A stretch of DNA of 64,000 bases from Felis catus. Taxonomy: Eukaryota. The position numbers and the translations under genes were made by a program. Below the pieces are notes generated by a model that saw only the letters and a list, made by a program, of their open reading frames with translations, had not been told where the DNA came from and did not search any database. Numbering within the stretch: position 1 is the stretch's first letter; the number at the start of each line of letters is the position of its first letter. The stretch is taken from positions 113,586,001 through 113,650,000 of the forward strand of contig NC_058368.1 in NCBI RefSeq assembly GCF_018350175.1. The letters run 5' to 3'. Of this stretch, positions 1-12,970 are shown one piece after another.

Positions 1-2559
1 ATTCACTATTTCAGCCTGTCTGGTCCCTCCAGGCAGGTAACCCAAATAGACACTTTTCTCCCTTGGTCCACGGCTCATTTCCCCAGATAAGGTTCTGCTT
101 CAGCCGCCACCTGCCCCCAACAGAGTGCCCAGCACGAAGACAGCACTCAAAGACTCGCTGACCGTCCGCAAGAACAGCGATGCCTGTCTCCAGAAGACAG
201 CATCATGGGGCTGTCTCAGCCTTGGCAGGCTGGCCAGGTAAGCAGGTGATGTGGCACCAAGACCCGTGTAGAAAGTAAAGGTCTCTGCTCTGGAGGACCT
301 AAGTGACACGTGCCAAAGTGTTTCCAAACTAGCAACTGCCATGCAAATAGAAGGTGATCTTATATAGGTACACAGAGCTGCTGTGAAAATCCATCTGTGA
401 CACGTTTAAATCACAGTCCAAGGCAGAACGTGCTAAGTGCAAACTCAGTGTCATGAAGAACAGGCACTACCAAAACAAGGGCGAGTGAGCACGGAAGAGC
501 AAGCGAGGTGCCCCAGGGAAGCCAGCCCGTAAAAGGAGCACAGACTCAGAGATGCCAACGGCAGGAGGAGCTCGGGGGTGGCCCCTCCCCACCTGCGTCA
601 GTGATGAGCCCTGAGATGCTGGCACAAAGGGCAGATCCCTGGGCCTCACCCCGACCTACTCACGGAAGCTCTGGGGGAATGTACATTTCATCACGTCCCC
701 GGCCATCACCCGGTGAAATGTAAGCCCACCAGGCAAAAGGGTCTGACGACACCCCCACTGTGGTTGTAGCGTTGTAACGTCGGAGAGCTTAAAATAAAGG
801 GAATAAAAAGTCAGAAATGTATGTTAGGGCTGCACAGTGGTGGGGGCGGTGGGATGGGGGGCGGTGGCACGCTCTGCATCTCAGATTTTAGAGCTGGGTC
901 CAGATTCTGTAGGTATAGGACTTGGAAGCAAAGGAGTGACCTGGTAAATGTAGTATTCCAAAAAGCACAACACACAGCTCAGGAGGGATGAAGACAGCTG
1001 AGTGAGAACAGAGGGAGAGTCGGGAAGCCACAGAAGCCTCCAGCCAGACACTGGGCCAGCACCTCCCACCCCCTTTCTCCTGGTGGCCACCGGTGAGACC
1101 AAGCACAGACATCAAGGAGAAGATGCTGGCGCCTCCTTCAGAGGCACCCGCTCTGGACATCCCAGCAAGACCAAGCCTGAGGACACGCCGACAAAGGAAA
1201 CACACAGGATCTCGAGGCGCGCGTGAGAAAATCTCACTTGCGGGCCAAGAGAGTAAGAGATCCTTCAGAATTCAAGTGCTCAAACACTAGTATTGGCAGG
1301 GATGTGCAGTACGCCAGCCGCCCAAGTTCCTGGAAACAAATAAATAGTAACTGTAATCCGGTCAAAGCCGAGAACCTGCTTTTTTGGGGGGAAAGCTGGC
1401 ATATGCATGTTGCATCTATAAATACACAGAGATCTCAGTGAATGCTAGATGTAAGTGTGATATTTTCTAAACAAGTCGCGTCTGTTTGTTGGGAGATGAA
1501 TCTCAATGCCCTCTATGATTCAAGAAACAAAGAAAGAAACCAGCAGTGGGAAGATATATAAACATCACATCCAAAGCATCATTATTAAACGTGCAGTGGG
1601 TAGTTTCTCTCCTGATGAGGCTGACTTAAAGAGGTCCCGTTAGAGCCCAGGAGACCCCACCCTTCAGGGGTCTCTGCCAAGGGAGCCATCCTGCTCCCAC
1701 TCTCTCCCCATGTCTATGTGACTCTCACATTTTGAGTTACGCAAAATTCAGTCTTCACAAGAGTACACAGAGTCTGTGAGATAGACTGGTCTCAGACCAA
1801 TGTCGATGCACAATTTGGACTCAAAAATTATAAGGTATAGAAGCATCCAAACTTTCTTATCTGCTGGGGTAAATAGAATATAAGTGACTTTTAAAAGGCT
1901 TCCCTCTTTGAAATGCACAAACGAGGCTCCAGTCAAAAGAAATTAGATCCTCTCTCCTTGTCCAGGAGGAGACAGGCTGTAAACATTCCAGAAAGATTTG
2001 GGGGGCATACTTTAAGCTCCCTGTAAGAAAATAGATGGTTTGAGGAAGGTCTCTCCAATTAGCTGAGGACAAAGAAAGAGAGCAAAAATGCTGAAATTCC
2101 CAGCTCATGGGAGAATTCTGTCACGGAACCAGGTCCCTGTGCTTCGTGTCCTGTTGCCCCACATTCTCTCCCAAGCAGACAATGCTTTTCTGGCCCTTCT
2201 GGTTTCAAAGATAACCTTCATGGTGAAAATCAATAGCAGTAACTCAGTCCTTGGTTCAGAATAAAGCAAAACCCTGGCCCTAAGATGAGGTCCTCTGTCA
2301 AGGTCAACGGGATGCTGACACAAAAACCTCATTTTCTCCTGACAATCACGTTAACATTTGTAATCGTTGCCCTCTCGGCACTTAGGCAAGAATCCAACCC
2401 AGGGCTGGAGACAGATACCAGGGCAGTCCTGCCTTCCTCGGGAGAGTGAGGGGTCTCCAATACTCAGACCACAGAGCCCATTTAACCCCAGAACTCGTAC
2501 GAGGCCGGAACTTCACTGCCACTTCCGAGGGGGCTCCCTCAGGGGCAAGGCTCCCATCG

Positions 2560-2958
2560 TGATGCTCGGGGGAAGAAGTCTGATGCAAAAGACCCCACCC
2601 AGTAGGATCCCATTTATGTGCCATGTTCCAAAAGGCACATTTACAGAGACAGAGGGACCAGGGGTGAAAGGGGACTCGGGGACCATGAGGGAGCACAGAG
2701 ATGTCCTCAAACTGGACTGAGGTGATGGATGCACAAGTCCAAAATTTTACTTCAACCTCCTGAACTGCACACTTAAAACGGGCTAACGTTGGGGTGCCTG
2801 GGTGGCTCAGTCTGTTGAGCAGCCGACTTCAGCTCAGTCATGATCTCCCAGTTCGTGAGTTTGAGCCCTGCCATCGGGCTCTGTGCTGATAGCTCAGAGC
2901 CTGGAGCCTGCTTCAGATTCTGTGTCTCCTTCTCTCCCTGGCCTTCGACTGCTCGTGC

Positions 2959-2999
<41 letters not shown>

Positions 3000-3080
3000 A
3001 TTAAAAAATGAACATTAAAAAAATGTTTTTAATGGGCTAATGTTATGATATTCAATTATACCTCAGTAAAACGTTAAAAA
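2560..3080 (+). mobile_element. Old L1 (L1MB/L1ME-like) 3' end, interrupted by a Can-SINE
   Basis: GGATCCCATTTATGTG...GGTGATGGATGCACAAG...TGAACTGCACACTTAAAA...CAATTATACCTCAGTAAA resembles the L1MB/ME 3' UTR. Confidence 0.75.
2791..3030 (+). mobile_element. Can-SINE (feliform type)
   Basis: Head GGGGTGCCTGGGTGGCTCAG, (CT)n, A-rich tail; TSD AACGGGCTAACGTT (2777-2790) / AATGGGCTAATGTT (3031-3044). Confidence 0.97.
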
Positions 3081-3189
3081 GCACATTCACTAATTAATGG
3101 AATGAGAACATGTTAAAATAAAAAAGACAGAGAGTACCAGATATGAAATCAGAGGCTCCTAATTTAAATATACTTGCTGGCACACACAG

Positions 3190-3335
3190 CCATGAGAATA
3201 ATAAGGTAAACATACCACACAGTCTACAGTGACTATTTTCTATATCATTAGATTATGGGAGATACTGTTTCTTCATACTTTCTGTATGTTCCGAATTTGG
3301 ATCCTCAAGGTGCACTGCTTTGGTGGTTAAGAAAC
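3190..3335 (+). mobile_element. Old L1 (L1MC/ME-like) 3' fragment
   Basis: ACAGTGACTATTTTC...GATTATGGGAGAT...CATACTTTCTGTATGTTCC resembles the L1MC4/ME4 tail. Confidence 0.5.
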
Positions 3336-5343
3336 ACCAACTGCTATTCAGTAACCCCTCCATGAAGTAATTGCATGCGGCTGCAAGAGTTCGTAGGAGT
3401 GGTTCAGGAGATTCCGCTCCTGGCCACAGAGATTGAGCAGATTCTTAATTCCCTGGCTGTTGCAGAAATTCAAGGACCTAAAAGAGTTAAGGCTTCTCTT
3501 TTCAAATGAGTACCTCCCTCCTCAGTGGGTCCTCCGTGGGTGTTCCCGGAGGGGGTGAGCACAGGGAAAGCAAACATTAATTGTCACACATTGCACACGC
3601 ATTCACCGGCTCCCTGTTAATACACTGGAACAAATTTCAATGTGTTCAATTCAATTAAACATGGACGAGAGAAGCTGGAACGACATTAACAAGCACAAGC
3701 CCTGAGGTGCCCATCCCCAACCCCGGACACAGCCTATTTGTACAAATGCCTTTTCTCCCTCATGAGAAGGGTTCTTTATTTTCTTGGAATACACAGCCTT
3801 ACTGTAACAGAGGATTTACTGGCCCCAACTAATGATTTCCTATCCTTCGGAATTAATATCACACACTGGATATTGAGGTACTTTGCTGATACAGAAGTTT
3901 CTAAAACAATAAATACTTTGTACCATGCTAACACAGGAGTTTCTTCACCATAGGTGGTAAGCTTGAGGACAAGGTCAGCTGAGGCCATTCCTACAATTTG
4001 CTGGTTTGAAGCATCCTAAACTGAGGCAAATAGTATGTTTCCTTGACATGGCCTAGTAGGAAATCTGGATGGTGGGATGGATCCTCCGTCTGCCAGCATT
4101 TTTCCAAGAACTTTCCCTCTGCCTGTCAGGGTATGTGCCCTGCAGCATGGTTTGCACTACAGAAACCCACTATCCCTTCTCAGATCACAGCTGCTGGGGC
4201 TACGGGCAGACCTCTGATCCAAGTATCTTCTTTCCTGACATTACAACTACAAGTAGCAAGACTATTGCTTTCCACTGGTCCTTGGAAATAGGAATCCTAT
4301 GCTCTCCAGGACTCTGGAGCCGCCATTGCCCAGCAATGCACCTGGTGAAGCAGTTAAAGCAGGTTAGGAGAGAGCAGGGTAATAGAGAGAACACAGGTGT
4401 AAGAGACTGAGAGTGGCCTTCTGGATCCCTAGTTGTTGAGTAGTCCCTGTGAGGGTTTCTCTCAAGGTGCACAAACCACCCTTTGCACCTCCTGATTATT
4501 CCTTCTTTTGGCTTGAACTAAGCCTGAGTTTTTGTGACTCACATCCAAAGGAGACTTCAATAAAGAAGCTACAAAACATATGCTTCTCTGACAACAGAAA
4601 ATACTTCTCTGGGCTCTCCACCCAGAACATTAGCATATGGATAGCCAGAGGAATACAAGGCTTACCTTCCCAGAACTAGAGGCCAAGAGACGTTCAAGTC
4701 CAAGTTCCTAAGGAAAGGGCTCCCGTGGCAAGTATCCAGGCTAGAAGCTCAGTGGGGCCTCCCGAGGGATCGAGTCACTCAAGGGATCAGAGTGAGAGCT
4801 CCCCCAAAGACAGGGACTAGCGACAGTGTCTGCCTTGCCTATCGCTTTTTCCCATACACCTACAAAGAACAGTGTCTGGAGCTTAGTGGTGACTCAGTTA
4901 GTACCCAAGGAATTAACTAATAGATGCCTACATTCTTAGCATCAGCTTTTTGCACAAGTCGATTGCACAAACAAGTTTAACAGTTTCCATATACCAAGGT
5001 AGAAGTAGGAAAGTACAAGGTGTGTCCAGGGAGCAGGGAAAAGGCCCATGGGTGGAAACACCAAGCCATTTGCAGAGCTACAGGTTACAACTGTAAGACA
5101 GAAAGCCCTGAGTATCAAGCTTAAGAACTATCCTGAGAGTAGTCCTGTCTGCGGGCAAGCCTACACCACAGCTAACACTGCTGTGGACCAACCCACATTC
5201 CCTGTGCACTCCCTTCATCTGCTTTGTCACTTTACCTTCTAAGTATTCCTATTTACCCCTAAGATTTTATAGCAGCACTCCTTTCTGTATCAGATACCAT
5301 GGAAATTCTAAACGTGTTAACCCTATGTTCTTGGACTCTCCAG

Positions 5344-5367
5344 CCTCCTCCTCCTCCTCCTCCTCCT
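5344..5367. repeat. (CCT)8 microsatellite
   Basis: Read directly. Confidence 0.95.
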
Positions 5368-5552
5368 CGGACATTCTGACCACAAGCACCTAATCGCTCA
5401 AGTTACAGAAGCAGAGATAATCCATCAGCTCAACAAACATCCAACTAAAAGCAGAGAATAACTATCGGCTTACACGAAGACCAAGGATTCAAGGCTCTTC
5501 ATTCTTACTTCAGTATGCTGATACCCACACGTATCTAATGTACTTAGGTGCT

Positions 5553-5556
<4 letters not shown>

Positions 5557-5604
<48 letters not shown>
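5557..5604. repeat. (CA)24 microsatellite
   Basis: Perfect repeat, read directly. Confidence 0.98.
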
Positions 5605-5607
<3 letters not shown>

Positions 5608-5799
5608 TCCAGATGATAAGTGCATTGAATTCTGGCCCTGCTGAATGAAGACACTTCTGCTTCTTGTGTCCAGCAAGAAACATTGATAAATACCCAGTTA
5701 TCTTTCAAATAAGTATGCCTACAGGAGAGAGTAAAAGATTCAGCGGCAAGAGGAGTGGCCAAGAGACCAAAGTAATTTCTCACTGTAACCTTCCCACCA

Positions 5800-5980
5800 G
5801 TACCTAAAGCAACTATGTGACTTTGCAAGGCATTTCATCTCCCAGAGTCTATTTCTCCACCTGTAAACTGGGACTAATAATACTCTTTTAGACTGTAATT
5901 CCAAAGATTCAGTCAAAGAAGACATATCAAACTGTGTAGCAGTGCCTACCAAATGGTAAGAACTCAACAAACACCTACTT
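5800..5980 (+). mobile_element. MIR SINE
   Basis: Core TGTGACTTTGCAAGGCATTTCATCTC...CACCTGTAAACTGGGACTAATAATAC and tail GGTAAGAACTCAACAAA. Confidence 0.8.
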
Positions 5981-6079
5981 ACTTCTGGAATATGACCAGA
6001 AGTGCACACAACCCCTCCTCCAGCAGCACACATCATCCCAGAGCATAGTCAGTGACTGGAGGGCTCAAACAGATCTGGC

Positions 6080-6495
6080 AGGATAGGAAGTCAACAGTGT
6101 TTACATCATGGCCACCAGCATCCATCTCCCTTTGTATGGGTTCCCTTGGGAAAGGAGTTCTCCACATTTAGTTCTTAGCTTTGGGCGACACTCCACCCTG
6201 CCCCAGGATGGAGCATGTGACCCAAACCTAAGCCCATCAATGCACTACATTTTCCTGGCCATGGAAGATACCGCCTGCCTGAGAACAGACCCAGTGCACA
6301 GAGGAGAACACGGCTCAAAGATGGAGAGTAGGAACCCAGGCCCCAATTACCTCTACAAGTGCCTACATCAAGGTAAATCTGAAGCCAGAACTATCGCTTG
6401 AATTCTTGATTTAGTCTTCAAGTTCTTTTTTTTTTTTTTCCTTTAATCAATTTGAAATCAGAGCTGTGCCTCATGACACTAGCACAGTCCTTACC
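6080..6495 (+). mobile_element. MaLR LTR (MLT1J/K-like), degraded
   Basis: GAGCATGTGACCCAAACCTAAGCCCATCA...TTCCTGGCCA and ATCTGAAGCCAGAACT motifs. Confidence 0.55.
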
Positions 6496-9400
6496 ACTAC
6501 ACTGAGTAAGAGCGTTTGGAGCTGGTTATGGTGGGGAGTGAACAGAGGTTGCCCAGATGATGCTTGGTGAGCTCAGATTCACTTTGGACTATGGGACGGA
6601 TGCCCTAAAGAAGCAGCCAGACCTGACCAATGGCAAATCCACAAGCCCTGGAATGCGTGCTCCTAACCTAAAAGCGACACTCTAATCTGCACACCCGAGG
6701 TCTGCCCGCGGGGTCAGACTGGGTTTGATGTGCAGACTGCCCCTGCCCAAGACAGCTTCTGACCTCCTATGCGTCCCATTCATCCAGGGGGGAGGTACTA
6801 TGACATCGACAAGGATCACATTCTCTGCAGCACACAGTGTGGGAGGTCCTCGTAAACTCTACCCACTACTTTAAAGGAAAAAAACAAAACAAAACAAAAA
6901 ACACTGGGTTAAAACACAGATAGGAGAAGGTGGCCAGTTAAGGGACTCGGGATCTCCAGCTGTCTTCACTGAAGGAGATCCTGATCCTGGGTTGTTACAA
7001 CACAAAGGAACTTGGGAACACTGGGATGATAATGCTCTCCTCCACCACACATTTGCAATAGGTCGTTATTTGGACAAGACGACTACCTGAACTCTTGATG
7101 ACCCCTCCTGGCTGCTGCTGACAGCCACCCCCAAAAGGGTCCTTACCAAGAGGCAATGCAGGAGAGTGGTTAGTGCCACACTCTGGAGGCAGACCAGCAC
7201 CGAATTCCTGACTCTGCGATTTCCTACCTCTCTGAAGCTCGGGTGTGGCACCTGGAAACTAAGGCTAATAATACGACGCTCTTACAAGGTTTGTTGTGAG
7301 GATGGAAGGATGAGGAACTTACTTGCTGGGTGGGTAGGAGCTCTTAACTTAGTTCAATGTGTAAGACTGAGGCCAGAGCAGCTGAGCGACTTCCTAAGGT
7401 CCCAGTGCTAATAACCGCAGGATTTGGGGCTTGCGTCCAGGTATGCCAACAGAGCCTTTGCCCTGGTCACCCCTCTTCATACACACAAGACTGGCCCTCT
7501 GGCGCCCCATGACTGACAGTCAGTGTGCACGACCATACTTGTGATGCCCCCTGAACTGTCTCTACTCAGGCACCCGCCGGTACATGCAGGCTGCGGTGTC
7601 CTTGAGGGGGACGACTTCAAGTGTTACGTTCTGCACCAAGTTGGCAGAAACTTTATGCTCCAGGAGGCAAGGTCTGAGAGATAAGAAGCAAGGCCTATCT
7701 TCTCCTAAAGTGTGTGTTCGCGTGGGGTGCCTTGCAGCCATGTTATGAATGTAGCTGTGTTTTAAGGTCTGCTCAGAATCAACAAACCTGTTCCCGGAGC
7801 CTTTACTCTTCATAAGTGTCAAGATGCCCCAGCGATCGAACAGGTGTATCACCATACAAAGGAAATTAGGAGGCTGCCAAGGAAGACGGCTTAGGCCTGA
7901 GGGATACGATCATCATATCTCAGGCTGGGGAAAAAGTCATCACAAACAAAGAAAAATGAAACGTAGCACTCTCTGGGTTTTGAGGATGCATCTACTAGCA
8001 CAGAGGACATTTCTGTAAACCACAAGAGCTTTACGGGACTATTAAATTTTTAAACTAAGCCTTCTTTTATTCATCTGTTCCACAGGCTTCCATCGAGCCA
8101 CGAGCTCCTGTCGGCCAAGCACTGGGACAGACACTCCGATCCCAGCCCGTGAATTGCCAGGCCCGGCCCTCCCGCTGGGAGTGGAGCCAGCTTCTCAGGC
8201 CCCCCCCCCCCCCCCCGCATCCCCTGCCAGGGGCTCAAAACAGGTTTGCCAACACTTCATTTTCACAATGATGTGGTAACACTAATCCTGGGAGAAAATC
8301 ATTTCACGGAGCAACAATTCTAAAAACTTGTTCCTTCTAATAAGGTGTCTAGGGAAGAAAACAAAAAGCTTTTGTGGCCAAATTAGTTGAGAAAGACTGC
8401 TTCTAAAAACTGGAGTCCCAGTTTTAAAACAGGCTTTCTCCCATCCTTCATCCTGCAAACGTGCTCAGCGAGGCACCCCCGGGAAGCCAGGGCTGCAGTG
8501 CATGGGCACACAGGGCTCCCCCCATCCTCAGAGGTAAGCACAAGTTTGTAAAAATGTATGTGGTCAACTCTTCTTCCATAGAAGAGTCTGAGGGACCAGC
8601 GTTTGACTCAAAGCACTCACTGCAGAAACACTCCATCAAGGATGGTAGCCGAGAAAGTTCTAGCATCGCAGGAACATCCAGCATTACCGTATCCCCCCCT
8701 CACCTGGTATCCCATGTCCCCGATATGCCTGTATTTACTCCTACATTTCTCTCAGAACAGGAAGTTCTTTCCACAGAAGGAAATAAAATTGAGAATCCAA
8801 AAGCCATCGTATTCCTTATGTCACTAAGAATTTTCTTGTCTTGTGCACTTCTTTCAACTTGCCCTATAAAGTTGACCACCATGAATAAATTAAAAGTGTA
8901 AGTAAAAAATTCATTGAGTGGCCCAGCCAATCTCTATTGTGTCCACTGAGGGTTGCAATAATTGTAATCTCAAGAGGGATTTTCATGACCTCCTTCCCAC
9001 CCCATCAGGATCAGATAGAGTGCGTTTACAGCAAAGACTGGCTGGCAAAAGGGCAGAAAAGAGATGGCAGGCACCTGGAAAGAAATGCGAATCCTCACAG
9101 ATTATTCACAATGAAGAAACCTGCTAATTTCAGACCAGAAAGAGCAGGATGGAATCACAGCTGCTTGGCTATTCACAGGCAAGGACCTATGGCTGAGGAA
9201 GCCATCAGAAAACCTCACCCCTTGCCAACACTGGACCATAGAAGTTTCTTTTATCAGCTCTAGCCTCCAAGTTATATGCCCTTTTCATTCCTCCTGGGTT
9301 TGTGTTCCACTCTTAGTTCTTACCTGGTCCTCTTGGGAGCACGATATCTATATTCTCCTTTCCCAGCAAAATCTCAGCTCTAGAAATGAGATGAAATTAA

Positions 9401-10067
9401 TTCACAGCTAAATGTAATGACTAGCACTGGATGACCGATCTGATGCCGGATCAATTATGAAACCAAAAGAACTGCACCCCTGAAACAGACTTTTAGGCAT
9501 CTCAGAGGTGGTGGGTAAGCATCTCTGAACAGAAAGGTCTTTGGTTAAGTCCAAGTCCATCATGAAGCTGCCCCACCCCCCACAAGATCAGAGGAAGCTA
9601 CTGTAAGAGCACAGCCACCAAGGGTAGGGGTGGGAGGGCAGTCATGCAGGTCAAACTTCAGCGCTCAGGCTGATGCAGAGACTGGCTCTATCCACAGACC
9701 TTCAGGAGGAGAGGATGAGTTGAGAAAAGCGAGAAGGAGATCAGAAATTACACGGCATTTCCTCCTCCTGCCCACCCACAGCTGAGGACCTTGTTATCCA
9801 GGCCAGCCCACAACAGAAGTTTAAGCTCAGCACTCCATTTCCACCGTGGAAGAAATGAAGTCCAAAGGGCAGGGGCTTCTGTGGGGTCCCTCAGAGGACT
9901 GAGGGTAGAGCCTTACTGAAATACTTTGGGGCTCCCAATGCACTCACCTGCATCTACTCAAACCACTCATCACAGACACCTGGGAGACCCCAGGCTCTCA
10001 GCCCTGGTGGGTGACACAGTAAGACTCACACAGACCCTCTTTCAGGTCAATCCCACCCCAACCTTCT

Positions 10068-10308
10068 GTTTTTGTTTTTTCTTTTTAAGTTTATACTTAT
10101 TTTGAAAGAGAGAGAGAGAGAGAGGGTGCATGCATGCACATGCAGGGGAGGAACTGAGAGAGAGAGGGAGAAAGGGAATCCCAAGCAGGCTCCAAGTGAA
10201 GCCTGACATGGGTTTTGATGCCATGACCACAAGGCCATGACCACAAGATCATGACCTGAGCCCAAACCAAGAGTCGGACGCTTAAGCAACCGAGGCACCC
10301 AGGCAGCT
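10068..10308 (-). mobile_element. Can-SINE
   Basis: Reverse head GCACCCAGGCAGC, (GA)n, T-rich tail; CCCCAACCTT on both flanks. Confidence 0.95.
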
Positions 10309-11110
10309 CCCCAACCTTGCGTTTGTAGAGAACAGTAAAGTCAATGCCTTTTGCGTTACTCAAGCATTCATCCTGTGACAGGTTTCCCTGGTGTCTGGCA
10401 GAACGAGACCCTCTGTCCCAGTAGGAAAAGACCAGAAGGCTCAGCTACCGGTGTCATCAAGAGGAGTGAGGTGCTCTCCCAGTTAACTCATTCTCCCTGG
10501 AGGTGTTAAGTCCAAGTGTTCACCTCTAGGCGTCACAGGTGCACACCAGAGATTACCTCAGCTCTACCTCACAGAACAAACCCAGCAACATTCATTTAGC
10601 CGAACTGCTCTACATGGACGCCCAACGCATTCTCTTCCCCGTACCCAGTCTTCTTGGTGATGCCTACGGAGTATGTGTTTGCTATACAGAATTAGATTTC
10701 ACACAATAAACAGCCCCGTTACATGACTGGACAAGATAACAGAATATAATTATTTCAAAGAATTATTTCCCCCATTCCGTCCTCCGAGGCTCCCAGGAAC
10801 CAGCCGCGTGAAGCGGACACGTGAACCTGAGGACAGTACACGGGTAGCCTCCGTGTGGGTGATCAGATGCCCCAGCCCAAGCGTGGGGAGTCATTAATGC
10901 CCATGCATCCCTCACAACAGTCCTCCATGACTTTTTAAAAATCAAAACAAAGGTCAGAAGGCCAGATGTTTATGCTACTACAAGTCGGAAATCATTTCAC
11001 ACGTGCATTAGTAACCTCCTGTAATGACAGTTGACACGTCTTAGCTTTTAGTGACCCTGTGATACACGCTGTCACTGAAATGGGCCGGGCGTTCACGACA
11101 CACTTGAGAC

Positions 11111-11332
11111 CAGTAGTGCTTAAGTGGAAGCAATTTTGCCCACCAGGGGACACTGGCAATATCTGGAGACAATTCTCACTGTCACAAATGGGAGGGGGAG
11201 GTGCTGATGACGTTTGGTGGGTAGAGGCCAGAGATGCTGCTCAACCCCCCACTCTGCATAGGAGAGCTCCCACACAAAGTATGTTCCCCACACGGTCCAA
11301 AAATTCTATGGTGCCAAGGTTAAGACACCCTG
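11111..11332 (+). mobile_element. MER20 (hAT-Charlie non-autonomous DNA transposon), near full length
   Basis: CAGTAGTGCT...ATTTTGCCCACCAGGGGACACTGGCAATATCTGGAGACA...GTGGGTAGAGGCCAGAGATGCTGCT...GGTTAAGACACCCTG follows MER20 end to end. Confidence 0.92.
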
Positions 11333-12099
11333 ATGTAGAGCAAGTATTTTCGAATGACAGCGGGCATAAGGTTTACGTGAAGGATCGACTATAAACGCAA
11401 GTTTCTGTATCCCAATCCCCAGAGACTCTGTTTCAGCTGGAGTGGGAGTTTGCTTTACGTATGTACGTATGTATGTTTGTATGTACTTCACACAAAGACC
11501 TCTAGCCCACCCAGCTGGTTTTGAGATTTTCTGCAAACTGCAGCCATGCAATTCCAGAAGCTGCCACCGGGTAGCACTGCTGTTAGCTTGGGTAACAAAC
11601 ACCTCCTAGGAAGTTCGCAGGCAGAGCTTCGCGCGACCGCATATGCTGCATTTGCCCACAAAAACCTAACCATGGTTAAGTAGCAGTATGGACTCAATAC
11701 AGAAACTGAATAAATCCACATAATATAGTGTAACATTTTAAAGGAATGTAAATACCATACACTGGGGACATCCTGCTAACAAATACTCACCTCTGCCTAA
11801 TTTAACTTATACTCAATCTTTTAGAACCAAGTGACTTCAGAGCTGTAAGGACTAAAGGCAACTAATCCCAGAGCCTCATTTGGACAAACGACGACACAGA
11901 GCTAGTTTCTAGAGTTTGTTATTTGCCAGGCCGTGCCCACCCGCAGTCCCAGATGTCAGCACTTCAGGGAAGAGAGCTCTTGCCCTGATGAGCTCTTCCC
12001 ATTTAAGGGTTGTACATGTCTGCCCCTAAAGCACATCCCCAGCTGCCTGAACCTCTTGCACTAAATTTCCCACAGCGGTGGACACTACCTAGATCCCAG

Positions 12100-12405
12100 A
12101 GCCCAGAGTTATCCAAACTTGCTTTGTCCAGAGAATCACCTGGGGTTTGGTAGAAACACAGACCCTCGCCCTGGAGAATCGTTTGCAGTAAGTCTCAAGC
12201 AGAGCTGAGAATCTACTTGAGCAAACACTAGGCTAGGTAGTTCTTCAGCTCCGGTTCCATTCCAAACTTTTCCACAACGTGGTCCCTATGAGAACCAAAT
12301 GGGCACCATTCTAGATCAGTCAGCTACTCTGAGGGCTGGATATGGGAATGTGTATTTTAACAACGTCCGGGATGATTCTTTCGCACATTAAAGTTGAGAA
12401 CCCTT
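12100..12405 (+). mobile_element. MER5-family hAT fragments
   Basis: CAGAGAATCACCTGGGG and GGAATGTGTATTTTAACAAC...GATGATTCT...TAAAGTTGAGAACC. Confidence 0.6.
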
Positions 12406-12640
12406 GGGGCACCTGGGTGGCTCTGTCCATTAAGCATCTGGACTCTTGATATCACTTCAGAGCGTGATCTCACTGCGTCATCGGATCAAGCCTTGTGCCA
12501 GGCTCCACGCAGAGCACAGGGCCTGCTTGGGATTCTCTCCTCTCCCTCCATATCTCCCTCCCTCTCTCTCTCTCTCTCTCTGCCCCTCTACCCATTTATG
12601 CATGCGCTCTCTCAAAATAAATAAACTTTTTCAAAACTTA
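12406..12640 (+). mobile_element. Can-SINE
   Basis: Head GGGGCACCTGGGTGGCTC, CT-rich body, AATAAATAAA tail; TSD AGAACCCTTG (12397-12406 / 12641-12650). Confidence 0.96.
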
Positions 12641-12759
12641 AGAACCCTTGCACTCTATATGAAAACAACTTAGAGCATCACGCCATTCCTTGTCTTAGGG
12701 AAGCATCAGCTCTAACAAGGGTGAGGGGGTTCCTGGATAAATAGGAATGTATCAGTATT

Positions 12760-12970
12760 TGTTGCAAGCACTTCACCAGACACTGGGGGCATCTTGCTTG
12801 TTAGCATTTATCTCTGCCTCATCTGGTTCTCACAAACCTGCCATTTTATCACTTTTTTAGAAACAGACTTGGAGGGGGTAAGGAGCTGCCCAAGGCCCTG
12901 GGGCTAGAGAGTGGCAGAGCCAGGACGCAAACTCAAGTCTGTCCCATGCAAACTCAAGTCTGTCCCTTTC
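12760..12970 (-). mobile_element. MIR SINE
   Basis: CTGCCCAAGGCC...GCTAGAGAGTGGCAGAGCCAGGACGCAAACTCAAGTCTGTC. Confidence 0.75.

Noticed and set aside
5470..5828. Cys-Val repeat ORFs
   Set aside because: These are translations of the (CA)24 microsatellite.
7562..7700. Minus-strand acceptor tgcttcttatctctcag with an open frame (LEHKVSANLVQNVTLEVVPLKD)
   Set aside because: No convincing donor precedes the stop codon and the peptide is unrecognised.
11791..11842. 52-nt minus-strand segment between ccttacag and GAG|gtgagt
   Set aside because: The pyrimidine tract is short, there is a competing AG, and it abuts MIR-like sequence. Isolated strong donors (also near 9950 and 39488) are common by chance.
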